Assembly: GCF_009914755.1 (NCBI RefSeq)
Contig: NC_060927.1
DNA: 64,000 nt
Source of the DNA: the human T2T-CHM13v2.0 reference genome, Homo sapiens
Strand: one strand, 5' to 3'
Below, in pieces: positions 39,601 through 54,150 of this stretch. The notes beneath the pieces were generated by a model, which worked only from the letters and a program-made list of their open reading frames with translations, did no database searches and was not told the DNA's origin. Made by a program: the position numbers and the translations under genes. Each line of letters starts with the position of its first letter. The stretch's first letter is position 1.

Positions 39601-40453
39601 TAGCATGATTTTACTTCTTACCCATTCATGTAATCATAATTTCTTAAACTCTGATAACCATTACGAAAGCCCAGTGCAAAGCCACAGAACAAAAATTCCC
39701 ATCGCACTCTGGGGGTCAAATTTTGGCCTCACCACAGTGGTTCTGTTGATCTGAATTCTCTGTCAGCCTGAAGTTAACGCTGGAATGCTGGAACAATGAC
39801 CACAAAGATGTCTAGAGAGGTCTGGTTCTTTTACTGAGCACAGTGTAGACACTTTTTATGACTTAACACTCTTGCAATAAAAATTAAGTGGTTACATAAG
39901 ACCACTACCAAATGACAAAACCACGATTATGTACTGGCTCCCTACAAAATCCTTCACAGAAATGGACATTAGTTGAGAACTTAACATGAATAACCACAGT
40001 ATCAATGACAACATATTCAAGTTTTTATGAAAACCAAGGCAATTCTTGGCGCTTTGAGAATTTTTTTTTAAATCAAAGTAACCATTAAAGTGATCTTGTA
40101 AAAAGTCCTGGTTTACCTGGTTATGCTAAATCTGGGTCAAATATAAGAACAAAACCGTAAATGGCATTCATAGCTGAATATAGTCTCTTAAATTGTGATG
40201 AGAACAATGCAGATCAAATGTTCTTTTTTGTTTATTTTTTAAAGTAAATTTAAACCAGAAATTTTGGATTTATTTCTTAGAGAGAAAATCAGGAAAATCT
40301 TTGGTTTCTATTCATTTCTTATGTACCTCAAAATTTAATCAATCAAAACTTTGAATTTTAAGAAAGAGATGTCATTAATTCGTTCAATGGACCAGCATAT
40401 TGACAACTCTTCTGTTACTTTGTTGTGACAAATTTAGCAGGTTATGAAGATCA

Positions 40454-40858
<405 letters not shown>

Positions 40859-41589
40859 CTAACACTGTCCCAAAAGGTGTTGGAAAATGAACTATCCTGT
40901 TTGTTTTGAATCAAATGAATCCTGCCTTTCTCCCTGGCTTCTCCACGGTCAGTCATGTGTCCTATTCTACTGATGCTATTTCCCTAATCTTCCCTTGTTC
41001 CTATCTCTATCATAACCATGTTTGCCTGTGTTACACTTGAGGATGACTTGGGATTGTATCTATCACTGTGCTCCATGGCTGGTTATAGTGGCTGATCTTT
41101 CTGCCTGACCCAGTGTCCCAACCCTCTTCCCAAATACTACTTCTGATTAGTTGCTACCAAAGCTGCATTCTCAATCAAAGAGACAGGCTCCTCAGAAGGA
41201 GGCATCTCTCCTTCAGTCATTGGTGTATAAGGGACTGCCTTCCTGGTCCAGAGACAAACACATCTCAAGGCCTACATGTAGCCTCCCAAATTCCCAATGC
41301 TACACACAGAAAATACACACATTTGCTCATCGAGTCTAATCAGCCTAATGTCTAGACCGAGTGTCATCAATACTTTAGCTGCATTCAGGGTTCAGGCAGA
41401 AACATGAAGGAGGGAAATGAACCCAGCACATACATCTCCACCCAACGGAAGCAGCCACTTTCAGCCCCTGCTGATAGCTGGCCCTGTGGGGACTCAGGGA
41501 GAGGAGAGTGTTGTATAAAATAATGCCAAAACTCCAGACTTTTCTGTAAAAGTCTCCCAATTTTGAATCATTGGCAACAAATTCCAAAC

Positions 41590-41879
41590 TTTTTTTTTGA
41601 GACGGAGTCTCGCTCTGTCGCCCAGGCTGGAGTGCAGTGGCGCGATCTTGGCTCACTGCAAGCTCTGCTTCCAGGTTCACGCCATTCTCCTGCCTCAGCC
41701 TCCCGAGTAGCTGGGATTACAGGCGCCCACCACCACGCCCATCTGATTTTCTGTATTTTTTTTTTAGTAGAGACGGGGTTTCACCGTGTTAGGATGGTCT
41801 CGATCTCCTGACCTCGTGATCCACCCACCTCGGCCTCCCAAAGTGCTGGGATTACAGGCGTGAGGTACGACGCCCAGCC
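41590..41879 (-). mobile_element. AluY SINE
   Basis: gcaagctctg, ttcacgccattctcc, ggatggtctcgatctcc; TSD aaattccaa. Confidence 0.96.
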
Positions 41880-42029
41880 AAATTCCAAGCATTTTTAAGC
41901 ACAGTGTTAGTTCAATAAAACTCTTCTTTGATGACATTCAGCTCAAGCCTACCAACTGCGGAGATACTCCCAAACAAGGTCAGGACACCTGAATAATAAT
42001 TTCCATCTCTCCAGCTTTGCAAACATAAA

Positions 42030-42255
42030 TAACAAATAATGGGCACCTATCGTGCGCCAGGCATTGTGCTGATGGCGTTCCTTGAGTCATCTCACTTTGA
42101 TCCTCATTACACACTCACTGTGATATTGTTACTTCTGGCAAACACATGAAGAAAGGTGCTTAGAAAATACCTTGTCTAAGTTTTCACAGGCCGACAGCAG
42201 CAGGATTGGAACTTGGGTCTGCATGACTTTAAGATCTACCTGCTTTCCACTAAAC
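42030..42255 (-). mobile_element. MIR SINE
   Basis: gcacctatcgtgcgccaggcattgtgct...tctcactttgatcctca...ggattggaacttgggtctg. Confidence 0.7.
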
Positions 42256-43399
42256 ACCCTGAATTGCATCTAGAAACAACCAAGAACAAAGATGACCTCG
42301 CAGAAAGAGCATGTTCAGTCCTGGGAGAATAAGTGAAGAGGCATTACAGATCTCCATGTTATTTGCTGGGGGCACATATTGCCATGGCTGTTGTTTAGAG
42401 GGTCAATGGTCTATTGTGGTAATGTAAGAAGCGAGAAATCTGATCTCATTTCAAATTTATCATTCAGCCCTTCAGTGTAGTGACTGCCGGCTAGAGTGTT
42501 CCTGACCAGAAGAATCTAGAAATCTAGCCACTAACTGCATTCGCAAACAAATCTGCTACTGAAAATCACAGTTTAAAAAAGGCAAACCTAGAAACTCTTT
42601 GAGAAGTCTTTAACTCAATGGGTCTTTACGTCCATAGGTTTCATATTTAACAAGTTGATTTTAATCTGATTATTTCAACATCAAAGACAGGAAAAAATGT
42701 TTGACATCAAATGGATCAGAAATGAAGCATTTTACAAAAGATTTCTAATAACCTCATCTAGCAATCTCTCTTAATTAAGTTAACTTAATCAAGTTTCCAT
42801 ATTGTTTATGGCGAAAGTTAAGGCAAAAGCAACTGAATCCCAAACTAATTTGGGATTCAGCACATAAGCCAACTGCAATTTTTACTTGCCTTAATTTTGC
42901 TTGACAATGGAGCCATTGCGAAGGACAGAACTTCCTCCCAAAACTTCTACCTCTATCCACTTACTCAAATCTTTTCAAAAACAAATTTCAATTACTTTCA
43001 GAGCTGTAGAATCACCAGAATTTTAAATCACATATCAATCTTTTTTTTATTTTGAACTCCAAATGCAATAATTGAAAACATATCTATCCATGGCATATTA
43101 GAAACTCAAAGGACTTTAAAAAATTGTTTTTTTTTTTAAATTTTGTAACAAGAGTGGCCTAGGGGATTATGTTGGGAACGTATCCCATATAAGAAACAGA
43201 TTATCCACCAAATGTCCACAGTAACCACCACTATCTTTGTGAAGTCATCAGTTGCCCCTGCATTTGAAGTGGGAGGGTCTTACAAGGTGTAATACACAAA
43301 ATAAGAAACCCAGGATAGAGAAGGCAAAGAAATCAGCTATAGGTGTGTTACTGGGTGTTCCACTCTGCATTTTGTGTTCCTTCACTGAATATCAGCCTC

Positions 43400-43880
43400 A
43401 TTTTCTCCCCTCTGCATGCAGGTCACCTCTTCAGTGAGGTTAGCCTGACCACCCTATACCAAATAGCACATCTGACTACAACTCTGTAGTCCCTACCCCC
43501 AATTCCCTACCCCCACTCTCCTTTCTTCATTTTTTATCACTTAGTACCACCGGATGTCTTATATGTCAATTTGGCAGTTATTATTTTCTATTTATAACTT
43601 ATTTTCTATTTATTCCCCCATTAAAATGCAGATCCATGAGGACTGGACCTTTGATTCTTCTGCTTACCGTTGAGTCCCCAACATTTAATAATAGGTTTTT
43701 TTGAATAATTAATTTACAAGTGAGCAAATGATTGATCATTAACTGTCACACCCACTAGAAGGTAAATGCTTCAGAAGCAGGGCTCCTGCTTGTCTCAGTC
43801 TTTTCCTCTAACCCCCGAATACCTGCAACAATGCCCAGCACATAACAATGAAGGGCTGAATCAGTGGGTGAATGAGTTGA
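43400..43880 (+). mobile_element. L2 3' fragments (probably two ends)
   Basis: gtcacctcttcagtgagg...tccatgaggactgg; cactagaaggtaaatgcttc...gcagggc...tgcccagcacata. Confidence 0.65.
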
Positions 43881-44495
43881 CCCACTCTTGTTTATTCTGA
43901 AGCTATGCTAATTCCATTGGCAGTAATCTTCCATGTTCAGTCAAGATTCCAATGGAGGTTAAATTCCGTCTCTCTTTTTTTGAATTTGGGACATCCCTAC
44001 ATCTTTGGAAATGAATTTTACAGCTAGTGCATCTCATTTTATGTGTTGATTTTTGTTATTTTAACACTTAAGAGTTCTGGTGAAAGGAGCAGACTCATTC
44101 CAGTAGTTTCCTGGAATGAAATGCTTGTAGAAAGGAATATGTTCATGGGAACTAATGACCAGATCTCAAGAGGTTCAGAAAACCATGGGTCAAGATTTAC
44201 AAGGAGTCTGTGGGCCAGCAGGAGCCCCTAGGTCTTGCCTCGGCAGTACTGCCTTTCTTAAGCTCTTGTTCTGCTCCACTTTTCACAGATTTCCTATTCT
44301 TCTCTTCATATCTTGTAGATAATATCTTTTGACACTGATGATTCTAAGATACCTTTACGGAACTGAGGCTCAGAAAAGAGGGTAGATGTCATTTCTATCT
44401 TTCTAATAGTTTGCTATCCGGTCTTCAAAACACTTCTGGTTTACAAAGGACAGCATTGAGCAAGTCACTCTTGTGTCTTGTTGAGTGCAGTAGAC

Positions 44496-44870
44496 TGTAT
44501 TATTTATTGCTCAGTCTATTTGCTGCCCCTCTCTGTGGGGAGATGATACTTCCCTGCCCTGGTGATGTCAGACTTCATCCTGTCACTTGTTAATGCAATG
44601 TGCCTTGTGAAGTCATTGGTTGCCCCTTCTCGGGGGTTAAGGCTAAGGACCATCACCTGGGTCTGCCGTGTTGTCTTTTCCTTCTGCCTTAACACCAGCA
44701 ATGACCCAGGTGGCAGGCTGCTCCTTTAGCCTGGGTTCTAGAAGGCTAATGACATGGAACAGAGCAGCTGCTGACCCAAAATGGAAATGTATCAAGAGCA
44801 AGAAATATATTATTGTTGCAGGCCTCTGAAATTTTCCAAGTTGTTTGTTATTGCAGCAGGGCTTACTCTA
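44496..44870 (+). mobile_element. MaLR LTR (MLT1I-like)
   Basis: ggctgctcctttagcctgggt...gagcaagaaata...ttgtttgttattgcagca. Confidence 0.75.
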
Positions 44871-46629
44871 AGCAGAGCAATACAGTGACAATCACTTTGT
44901 GATGATCATGCATTTCTTCACACTCCAATATATCATCAAGATATGCAAATAAGGACTTGGAAATGCCCTCACAGTATCCAAGGATTCCTCTCTCTACACC
45001 TGAATGGAGACTTAACTGGAGCATCAGTGATACAAATGCCCAGTAACAGCAAAGGCAAAGATGTATCAGCCAAGCCATGGGCTATCAGTGCCCCTATCCA
45101 TATTCCCAAAGCTTAAAGTGAAAGCAAAGGCTCTCGAGAAAATAAAAACAGACACATATCCACAGAGCTGCCTTTTTGGGGAGAGAATATCTTGTGAAAG
45201 TTTCGCCTGACAGTTCACATGGACTGACTACAGAGTGAAAACAAGTCAAGTTCCATTTAGGTCCATAATTAGAGTAATTGCACGCTTATAACCTGCATTT
45301 CCTAAACTGTCATTCTCCAGTCCTCTGTTGTTACATATGGTGTAAATCTCGCCCATAATGTACACCTTGAAGGTGATTGTAGAATACCATTTATTACGCA
45401 CCCACATGCATGGCATATTGCAAAAACAAGCAAAGCAGACTCTAGCTATGCCCTGAAGTAACTTGGCTTAGGAATTAACTGCAGGTAAAGGGAAATTTTA
45501 CAAGGATTTGGATTTGGGGTTTCTCTGTAATTATATATTATGTAACACCAAAGTAAAAGAAAAATATGATATGATTTAGACAGGTCCCCTTAACACATAC
45601 AAACAATAAATGTGATTGAGCTACACCAACAACAACAATACCAAGGAATGTAACTGTAATTTCTTTCTTTAGAATGTAACCTTTGCTCATGGTAATAAAT
45701 ACAAAGGTCTCTGCCACTGCACTCCACTGTAAGCCATTTCTAATAGGTCTTGGCATCTGCTATCTTTAATGACTCCAAGGAACCAACTGTGCATCCCAGA
45801 GATGTTGAAAGCTTCATTACATTGAATTAATAAAATATCAAGAATGAGCATTCTGATTCCAGTGCTCCATTCCATACTCTCCTGGTGTCCTTGTAGCCTG
45901 CCTGCAAGAGGAGTTGACAGGATGGAAATGGTGGAGTGTGTCCCACAATGGGATCCCCAGCAGTACTGCTTGTGGTGGTCCAGAGCCCACCCTGACAACC
46001 CAGGCATCACTGCTGCTAAGGCAGACACCCTGAGGATGTGGCTTTGCTGGCATGACAGGTATGTGTGTCATTTTGGAGCATCTGTCATGTCCACTGAAAA
46101 AAATACACAGAAGCACATCTGAAACCTCTGCCCCTTCCCAAAGATTTCCAGCTGCTTCTAATCTGGAGCATTGAGAACTTATTTTAAGAAACAAAGGCTT
46201 CTTTAAACCAATATACGTAATTTAGAGACTGAAAGGAAGGCCATGTGTCTAGAATGCCACACGTGTTATTCAGCTGTCCTGGTCCTTAAGTCCCACATGG
46301 TGGTAGGTCTCTACCCAAGGGAAAGAGGTTTTCCACATTCAAGAACCAATGCATCAGACACAAGAAAGGAAATGGACTCTGAGATAAATATGATCAAGTG
46401 GCTTTACTTCTGTTAGGTCACGGGGGTCGCAGAGGTGGGGTCTTAATCCCTCTGTTTGCAGAGAATTTCTCCTGTATTGCAAGAGTTGTTTTCGTTGCAT
46501 ATAATCCAGGCCCACTGGAGAGGCCTCCTATTTTGTACTCAGACTGAAAACTATGTCTGAGAGTCCCAGTTGCCATGACCTTCTGCCCTGGTCCTCAACA
46601 GGAAAGCTAGGGCAGAGACTGCTAATGCT

Positions 46630-46992
46630 CACTGATGCTGCTCTGGGCTCTGAGCTCAATTCAGCCTTCAGCCTCTCTTGCAGTTGGCTGGGGGTCAGGT
46701 AACAGAGTTCTGGCCAACAGAATGTGAGCAGATGCAATGTACACCACTCCTGAGCCTGCCCCATAAAAATCTCCCCTGTTGGATCTTCATCCTCTTTCCA
46801 AGTGGAAAGATTCAGAGATCCTAGGGAAGGTGGGGCCACAGATGGAGAAGACTGTGTTCCTAAATCCCTGCAAAGAACAGAGCCCTTGGCCTGCTGAACT
46901 GTATTTGGCCCTTGACTTGAACAAGTAATAAATATTGTGTTAAGCCTCTGAAGTGTTACGGTTGTTTGTTACAGCAGTTAACCTACTCTAAT
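46630..46992 (+). mobile_element. MaLR LTR (MLT1J-like)
   Basis: gagttctggccaacagaatgtgagcaga...gccacagatgga...tgtgttaagcctctga...ttgtttgttacagcag. Confidence 0.78.
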
Positions 46993-47188
46993 AAGGGTGA
47001 AAAATTTGCTTTATTTGACCAGGTGGCTTAAACCTGTGACACTAATCAGTCTAATATTTGGAAATGTGTTGATATTTGGCATCAACAATTCCCAGGCAAG
47101 GGCCTCAACTTTCCACCTTCTATGGAATGTTCTGAAATTATGGACAGTACTAGTTAATGAAAGGCCAATAAGACCTGTTATCTTCTTT

Positions 47189-47503
<315 letters not shown>

Positions 47504-48936
47504 ACAACTGTTATCTTCTTTAAGAAATGATGGGAGGCCTTTTTTCCAGGTATCATAGTCAATATCAGCACCCAGTTTAATGTTCCAACAGGGATTTCTG
47601 GACCAAAATGACTCTTTATGCTTTGTCACATCTTGAGTGAGCATGATCATAGACTCCATGGAGCACATTTACAACTGGGAACACAAAGTCTGTTCACTTT
47701 TCCCAGGCCTGGGCCATTACCTGAAGATTAGGACACCCAATGATACATTCTACTTTAATTTTACACTTCAGACTTCTAGGAGTCTTGCATCTGTTTTCCA
47801 GCAGCCACAAAAGACATTCTCTAATTACTTCTGAATGAAAAACAGAGACTTTTAATTTTCTTGCAGAGAACATGCATGCACTACATACACTTTAAGTACA
47901 CTGTGGTTGTCTCATTTTCTGTAAATACTGTACTTTTCCTTACTGGCAAAGAAGAGCTTTTTCAAATCAAAATAATACTCCTAAAAAAGTCAGTGTAGTT
48001 TTCTGAAGGTCAGCAAAATGAGCTTTGCCAGAGCACCAGGGACTCCAATTACACATATTTACCTGATGTACTTTTATAGGACACATAATTCAAAAATTGC
48101 AGACTGCCTTTTACACTGTATACTATGCATTTTAATAATGTATTTATTATGTCGAGCTCTTTCTTTTGTGGTTTCTTGATGCTACTCCTCATTTAGAGTA
48201 GTTTCCTGGTTTTTCCTTATGTCAGGCAATGCAGTTAACCTTTAGCAATATAGAGCACTTAAGAGTTTTGCAAGCCTTGTTTTGCATCCATTTTTCTCCT
48301 GCATAGAACATTTGATTGTTTCATCTGGTTTTCATTTTATACAATGATGTAGGTAGAGGCAAACTCTAAGACCTGGTAATTACAGCCTCATGGCAGCCCA
48401 ACTGATGCATAAGAGACGTTTGCTAATTACAGTGATATGAAGGCTCTCCTCCTCTGAAGGCTCACTGTGTTTCTTTAAGGTGTCTCTTTTGTTCCTTAAT
48501 CTAGTTGCTTATACAAGAGTACATTGATCAAACTGCTTTCTAGTAACAAAGCATATTCTCAAAGAAATGTTAATTTTACAAATTAGTCTCCTAGGCTTTG
48601 CCAGCAAGACACAGTGCTGTTCCTCCTTAACCAGGGCACCACCAAATTTGTCCCATCCTTCAAGGCTGATGACAGATTTGCATTTCTCCATGGGTCTGCT
48701 TCGCTGGCTTTACCACCTCTCTACAAATATAACTTAAAGTCATTATTCCTCAGACTAGGCAGTCACCTCACATCTGGGTCCTTATATAGGTTTTCAAAGT
48801 CACTCTCTTAATGACATAGTTTCGAACCACAAAATATTGTTGAAGGAAGATAGGTCACCTTGAGATAGTTTCAATCAAGGGATGTTTTGGATGCTTACAG
48901 AAGAAGTCATTAGAGACAATCAGTTGAAATTGAGGT

Positions 48937-49360
48937 TGTAGTGGGTTAAAAGTGGCGATAAATTCTTTGCTGCTCCTCTCAGCAAGAGGTGGAATCGATT
49001 TCCTCAGTGCAAACCTGGGCAAGCCTCAGGACTCAGTTGCACTAATAGAACACAGAAGTGACAACAGGTGACTTCTGAGTGAGACTTCAAAGACCAGACA
49101 GCATCCACTCTTGCCCTTCTGATGCTCTGAGGCTGCTGTATCAAGAAGCCTGTGTGAGCCTCCTTGTGCATGAAAGCCACTGAGAGAGAGCCCACCATTG
49201 TCCAGCACCAACTGCAAGATGAACAATCCAGCCATCCCAGCTAGGACACGAGCAAGTCCGCATGAGACCAGCAGAAAATTCTTATGAGAAACAATGAATC
49301 CTGGGTGCTTCAAGCAACAAAGTTGGGATGGTTTTTTACACAGCAATAGATAACTGAAAC
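48937..49360 (+). mobile_element. MaLR LTR (MLT1G/H-like)
   Basis: tgtagtgggttaaaa...aattctttgctgctcctc...agaggtgga...cacagcaatagataactgaaac. Confidence 0.8.
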
Positions 49361-49666
49361 CAAGGGGAAGAATACTGACACAGACTTAGTATTTATTCCT
49401 GCTAGGTATAGCTACACAATTCCAAGCATCAGATGGCACTGAAAACAACTTTTAAGATTAATTTAAAAAGCAATCAGTAAGTGGTTAATTGTGGTGAGCA
49501 TAAATATACTTTCATAAAAGGAATGGAAAAAATATGTTAAAGTACTGCACGGATGAAGATTCATGGCTCAGGATAATACTTCCTGTGACATGTATGATTC
49601 AGGAAGTGCCGTGTCTCTAACGACTTAGATAAAAGTGAGGACAGATGCTCTGAAAACTGTTGGATG

Positions 49667-49689
49667 AAAAAAAAAAAAAAAAAAAAAAA
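49667..49689. repeat. Isolated poly(A) tract, about 23 nt
   Basis: Seen directly. Confidence 0.9.
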
Positions 49690-50008
49690 ACAGTTCTCAA
49701 GAGCTAACAAAGCAAATAACTGGTGTTAAATACTAAGAAAAATTTTAAAAAAATTTTCATAAAATAGGAAAAAGTCAGTATTTCTCACTTAGCATTTTAT
49801 ATGTGATTTATCTGTGACCCTAAATATATATAGCTAAAAAAAAATGTTATGAATGGGTATTTCACATGCCTCTGTAAACATTTACATATTCTGTTCAGGT
49901 TACTCCCCTCCAATAAAAACAAAACCAAAAAACATGTTTTTGAATCTTGTTTGGGAAATAAGGGAACTACCCTCTATATTGGACATATGTAGTATTTTAT
50001 AAAATGAC

Positions 50009-50383
50009 TGTTACGGTTTGGCTGTGTCCCCACCCAAATCTCATCTTAAATTATGGTTCCCATCATCCCCACGTATTGTGGGAGGGACTCAGTAGGCGGT
50101 AATTGAATCATGGGGGCGGTTACCCTCATGCTGCTGTTCTTGTGATAGTGAATGAGTTCTCACAAGATCTGATGGTTTTATAAGGGGCATTTTCCTCTTT
50201 GCTCAGCACTTCTCCTTCCTGCTATCATGTGAAGAATGACCTGTTTACCTCCCCTTTCACCATGATTGTAAGTTTCCTGAGGCCTCCCCAGCCATGCAGA
50301 ACTGAGTCAATTAAACCTCTTTCCTTCATGTATTATCCATTCTTGGGCAGTTCTTTATGGCAGCATGAGAACAGACTAACACA
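50009..50383 (+). mobile_element. THE1 (THE1C/D-like) MaLR solo LTR
   Basis: TG...CA ends; ggtttggctgtgtccccacccaaatctcatctt...gaggcctccccagccatg...cagactaacaca; 5-bp TSD atgac/atgat. Confidence 0.95.
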
Positions 50384-50914
50384 ATGATAAAGCACAAGAG
50401 TATAACAAATGATTAGAGACTACAATTTAGCAGAAAGTTACTCTAAGAAGATATAAACACTTACATTTATTAATATTTTCTGGAAACAACTGTAACACAT
50501 TACATTACCCCTGAGATGCATGTTTACCCAATTCTTAAACTATACCTTACTGTTACAAATGACAAAGGGAATCAAACTGTCTACTCTAATGTATGCTAAA
50601 ACTTCTTAAGAAGCAAAGGGGTCCTGGGAACTTGTGGAAAACTTTTAATTCCATTTATGGAGGTTAATAAAAAATTTTGAATTGAATGTCAGCAAAAAAT
50701 GTTGCCTAACCTCCATTAAAATATGCTCAAATTGACTTTTTAGTCATCAAAGTATGACTCACCTGTGGTATACATATCTTTAAAAGCTTACTGAAAGACC
50801 TGACTTTAGAAATATTTTTTTCTATCAAAGTCCAACATGTTCACTGTAGAAAGTCCGGAAAATTTAAGACTATGAAGAAAATATAATCTCCCCTAATCTC
50901 ACCATTTAAATATG

Positions 50915-51160
50915 CCCAATATAGCTAACATTTATTGAGTACTCTTTAGGTCAGACAGTGGTTTAAATTCTTGATACATATTAATTCATTTAACCCACAT
51001 AAGCCTATGAGTTATGTACCATAATTATCTCCTTTTTACACAAGAAAACTGATGTAGAGAGAGGTTAAGTAACCTTAGTTATGTGGTCCAACAGCCAGTA
51101 ATAGGAAGAACTAGGCATTCTGGTTTAAGGCTGCAAGCTCTGAATCATTACACATGCTGT
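50915..51160 (-). mobile_element. MIR SINE
   Basis: atagctaacatttattgagtact...gaaaactga...agaggttaagtaac. Confidence 0.8.
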
Positions 51161-52057
51161 CACTTGGCTGGGATTCTGCTACTTCTTTCCAGTCATTTTT
51201 CTACATTATATATGTGATATATACATGTTGGACTTCTATAGCAATTTTTTTGAATAACTATTAGCAAAGTCTCATCTTTACCAAGAAGACTTTCTAGGTG
51301 TCTCCAAATCCACACAGTCTCCTAAGTGGCTAATTTAGCAATTTCAAGCATCTAGTATTTTACACTGTGGTGTTTAGCTCAATGTATTGCACAGGTCACT
51401 GAGTGCAGAGACCACATCTTATTTTATTTCCACTTTCCAATTTTCTCATACTATGTAAATGTTTGTAAATGCTAGAAACCTATGGGTGCTTGAAATAGTT
51501 TCAGCAGAGTGGTAAGCTAAAAGGTAGTATTTGAGTAATAATTTTCAAAAGACCTTTGGAAATATTCTAGACCCCGAGCTACTGATAAAAGAGATGCCAT
51601 TAGAACCTAAAATTATGGGGAAAAAAAGAGAAGATAAGAATAACCTGGAGTTTTTCTGCAGAGGGAACTATTAATGGGGTTGCATTAGGACAGGTCTTCA
51701 CAGTCCTATAAACAACCTAAGGAAAAAAGTACACAATGAAATTCCCACTTTGATGGCTTTATTAAATAATTATGGGCAGAGAAAGGCAAAGCAAAAATGA
51801 AATCAGCAGAAATATTTTACAGGTCTCTCTAGATGACCAGAAAGCAACAGGTAACCAGCACCTGGGCAAGAATACAAGGATTGTTTGTTTACATGGTTGC
51901 CATGAGCAACGGCCCCACAATCACACTGCCTGGGCATCAATCCCAGGCCAACAACATTGTCTCAGTGGATCTTCAGTAACTGATTGTTCTAGGAGATTTA
52001 TAGGTTAAATGTAAACAAGTCTTCCACGTGGACCATGACATAAAAAAAGGCATTTTA

Positions 52058-52478
<421 letters not shown>

Positions 52479-53513
52479 TCAGGAACCTCAAGCATCCACA
52501 CCCCTTCCATAACTGGAGTTTGCCACAGCAAAAGATACTTTCCTGTGTGTACTCCAAGTGTCTGGTACTTCTGGACACTCCACACTCTATTTGGTGATTA
52601 ATATTTTACCTGGATAAATGCAAATACACACTGCTCATATTCAAAGACAGCTTTAAGAAGGTAAAGATGACATCTAGAGAGAAACCCCAAGGATTCAGGA
52701 TTGTTTTCTATTTCCAAGTGTTATTAGGAGTGGCATGCCAAGACAAACAGCATCCAGAGCAGAAAGGGGACAAAGGATTTGGTTTTAGCAGGCAAGCAAG
52801 TCCAGTGCCCTGCACCTTGGAGGCCAGCACTGGGGTGTGAGCACCCAGCATACTGGATTTCCCAAGAGCACAGCAGAACTGCCTTATACACATTTAACTG
52901 GCCCATCACCTCCTCAGAAGCAAAAAGGTAGCTTCTGCAGTGAGATGTAGGCAGCACCTGAGAGGTGAGGGGGTTCCCTCTTCTACAAATGAGGCAAAAT
53001 TGAGTCTTAACATTGAAAAGAAAAAAGGTATCTCATCCAGACTTTAAATTTGTTCTTTCATGTTTACAATGGAAGAATTTATTCTCGCATGCTTGCAATG
53101 CTATTTGGTGCTCTCTCTTTCTCTTTACTAGGGTTTCTAACAGACAAAGGATTCAATATTTCCTTTAGGCTTCTCAGCTCTTCCACAGTCCAATTCCAAG
53201 GAAAGCTGTAAACATAGCTGGCACTGACAGATGCTAGAGCACGCTGATAAAACTGGACCAACTATTTAACTTAGAAATGAACTGCGCTGTAGAGAGTTAG
53301 CTCAGCAAAGTCAATCCTTGGGGCTATTGCACAGAACATCTGATACCTTTAACATCTAAAACAGACTATTAAAACTGACCAGACACCAACAAGCAAAAAG
53401 GGTGTTCAACTTGCCTAACTGAGATTCAGTAGTTTTAGCTGTTATTATCAAAATAAATATAGGTTCATTACAAAAAGTTTAAAAAATAAAACATGTATAA
53501 AGAACTAATTTAA

Positions 53514-53793
53514 GGCCGGGTGTGGTGGTTGACGCTTCTATTCCCAGCGCTCTGCCGAAGGAGGCAGATCACTTGAGGTCAGGAGTTTGAGACCAGCCTG
53601 GCCACCATGGTGAAACCTTGGTCTCTACTAAAAATACAAAAATCAGCTGGGCGTGGTGGTGGGCACCTGTAATCCCAGCTACTCAGGAGCCTGTGGCAGG
53701 AGAATTGCTTGAACCCAGGAGGCAGAGCTTGCAGTGAGCCAAGATTGCACCACTGCACTCCAGCCTAGGCAACAACTCTGTCTCAAAAACAAA
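53514..53793 (+). mobile_element. AluS SINE
   Basis: Full dimer; degenerate TSD gaactaRtt. Confidence 0.95.
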
Positions 53794-54009
53794 GGAACTA
53801 GTTAAAGTTTTGTGTGCTTATCCAACCCCACACCGTTGGTGTGTTTCTTTCTACTGTTATTCTACTCCCATGTCCATTATTATATTACACAGATGAGACC
53901 ATATTATACACAGTATTTTTAAACTTGCTCTTTTAACAATGCATTTTGAACTGTTACGTATTTTTGGATTTTTTTTTTCCTATTAAGCCTTTAAAAGAGT
54001 GGCTTTTCC

Positions 54010-54150
54010 CCCCAGTTTTATGGAGGTATAATTGACAAATAAAAATAATTTAAGGTATGCTAGTTGATATGATAGTAGGTGTATACACTGTGAAATCACC
54101 ATAATCAAGCTAATTAACATATCCATCACTTCATATGCTTTTTTCTTTTT
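54010..54150 (-). mobile_element. L1MA 3' end fragment
   Basis: ttttatggaggtataattgacaaataaaaat...atcaagctaattaacatatccatcac. Confidence 0.8.
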
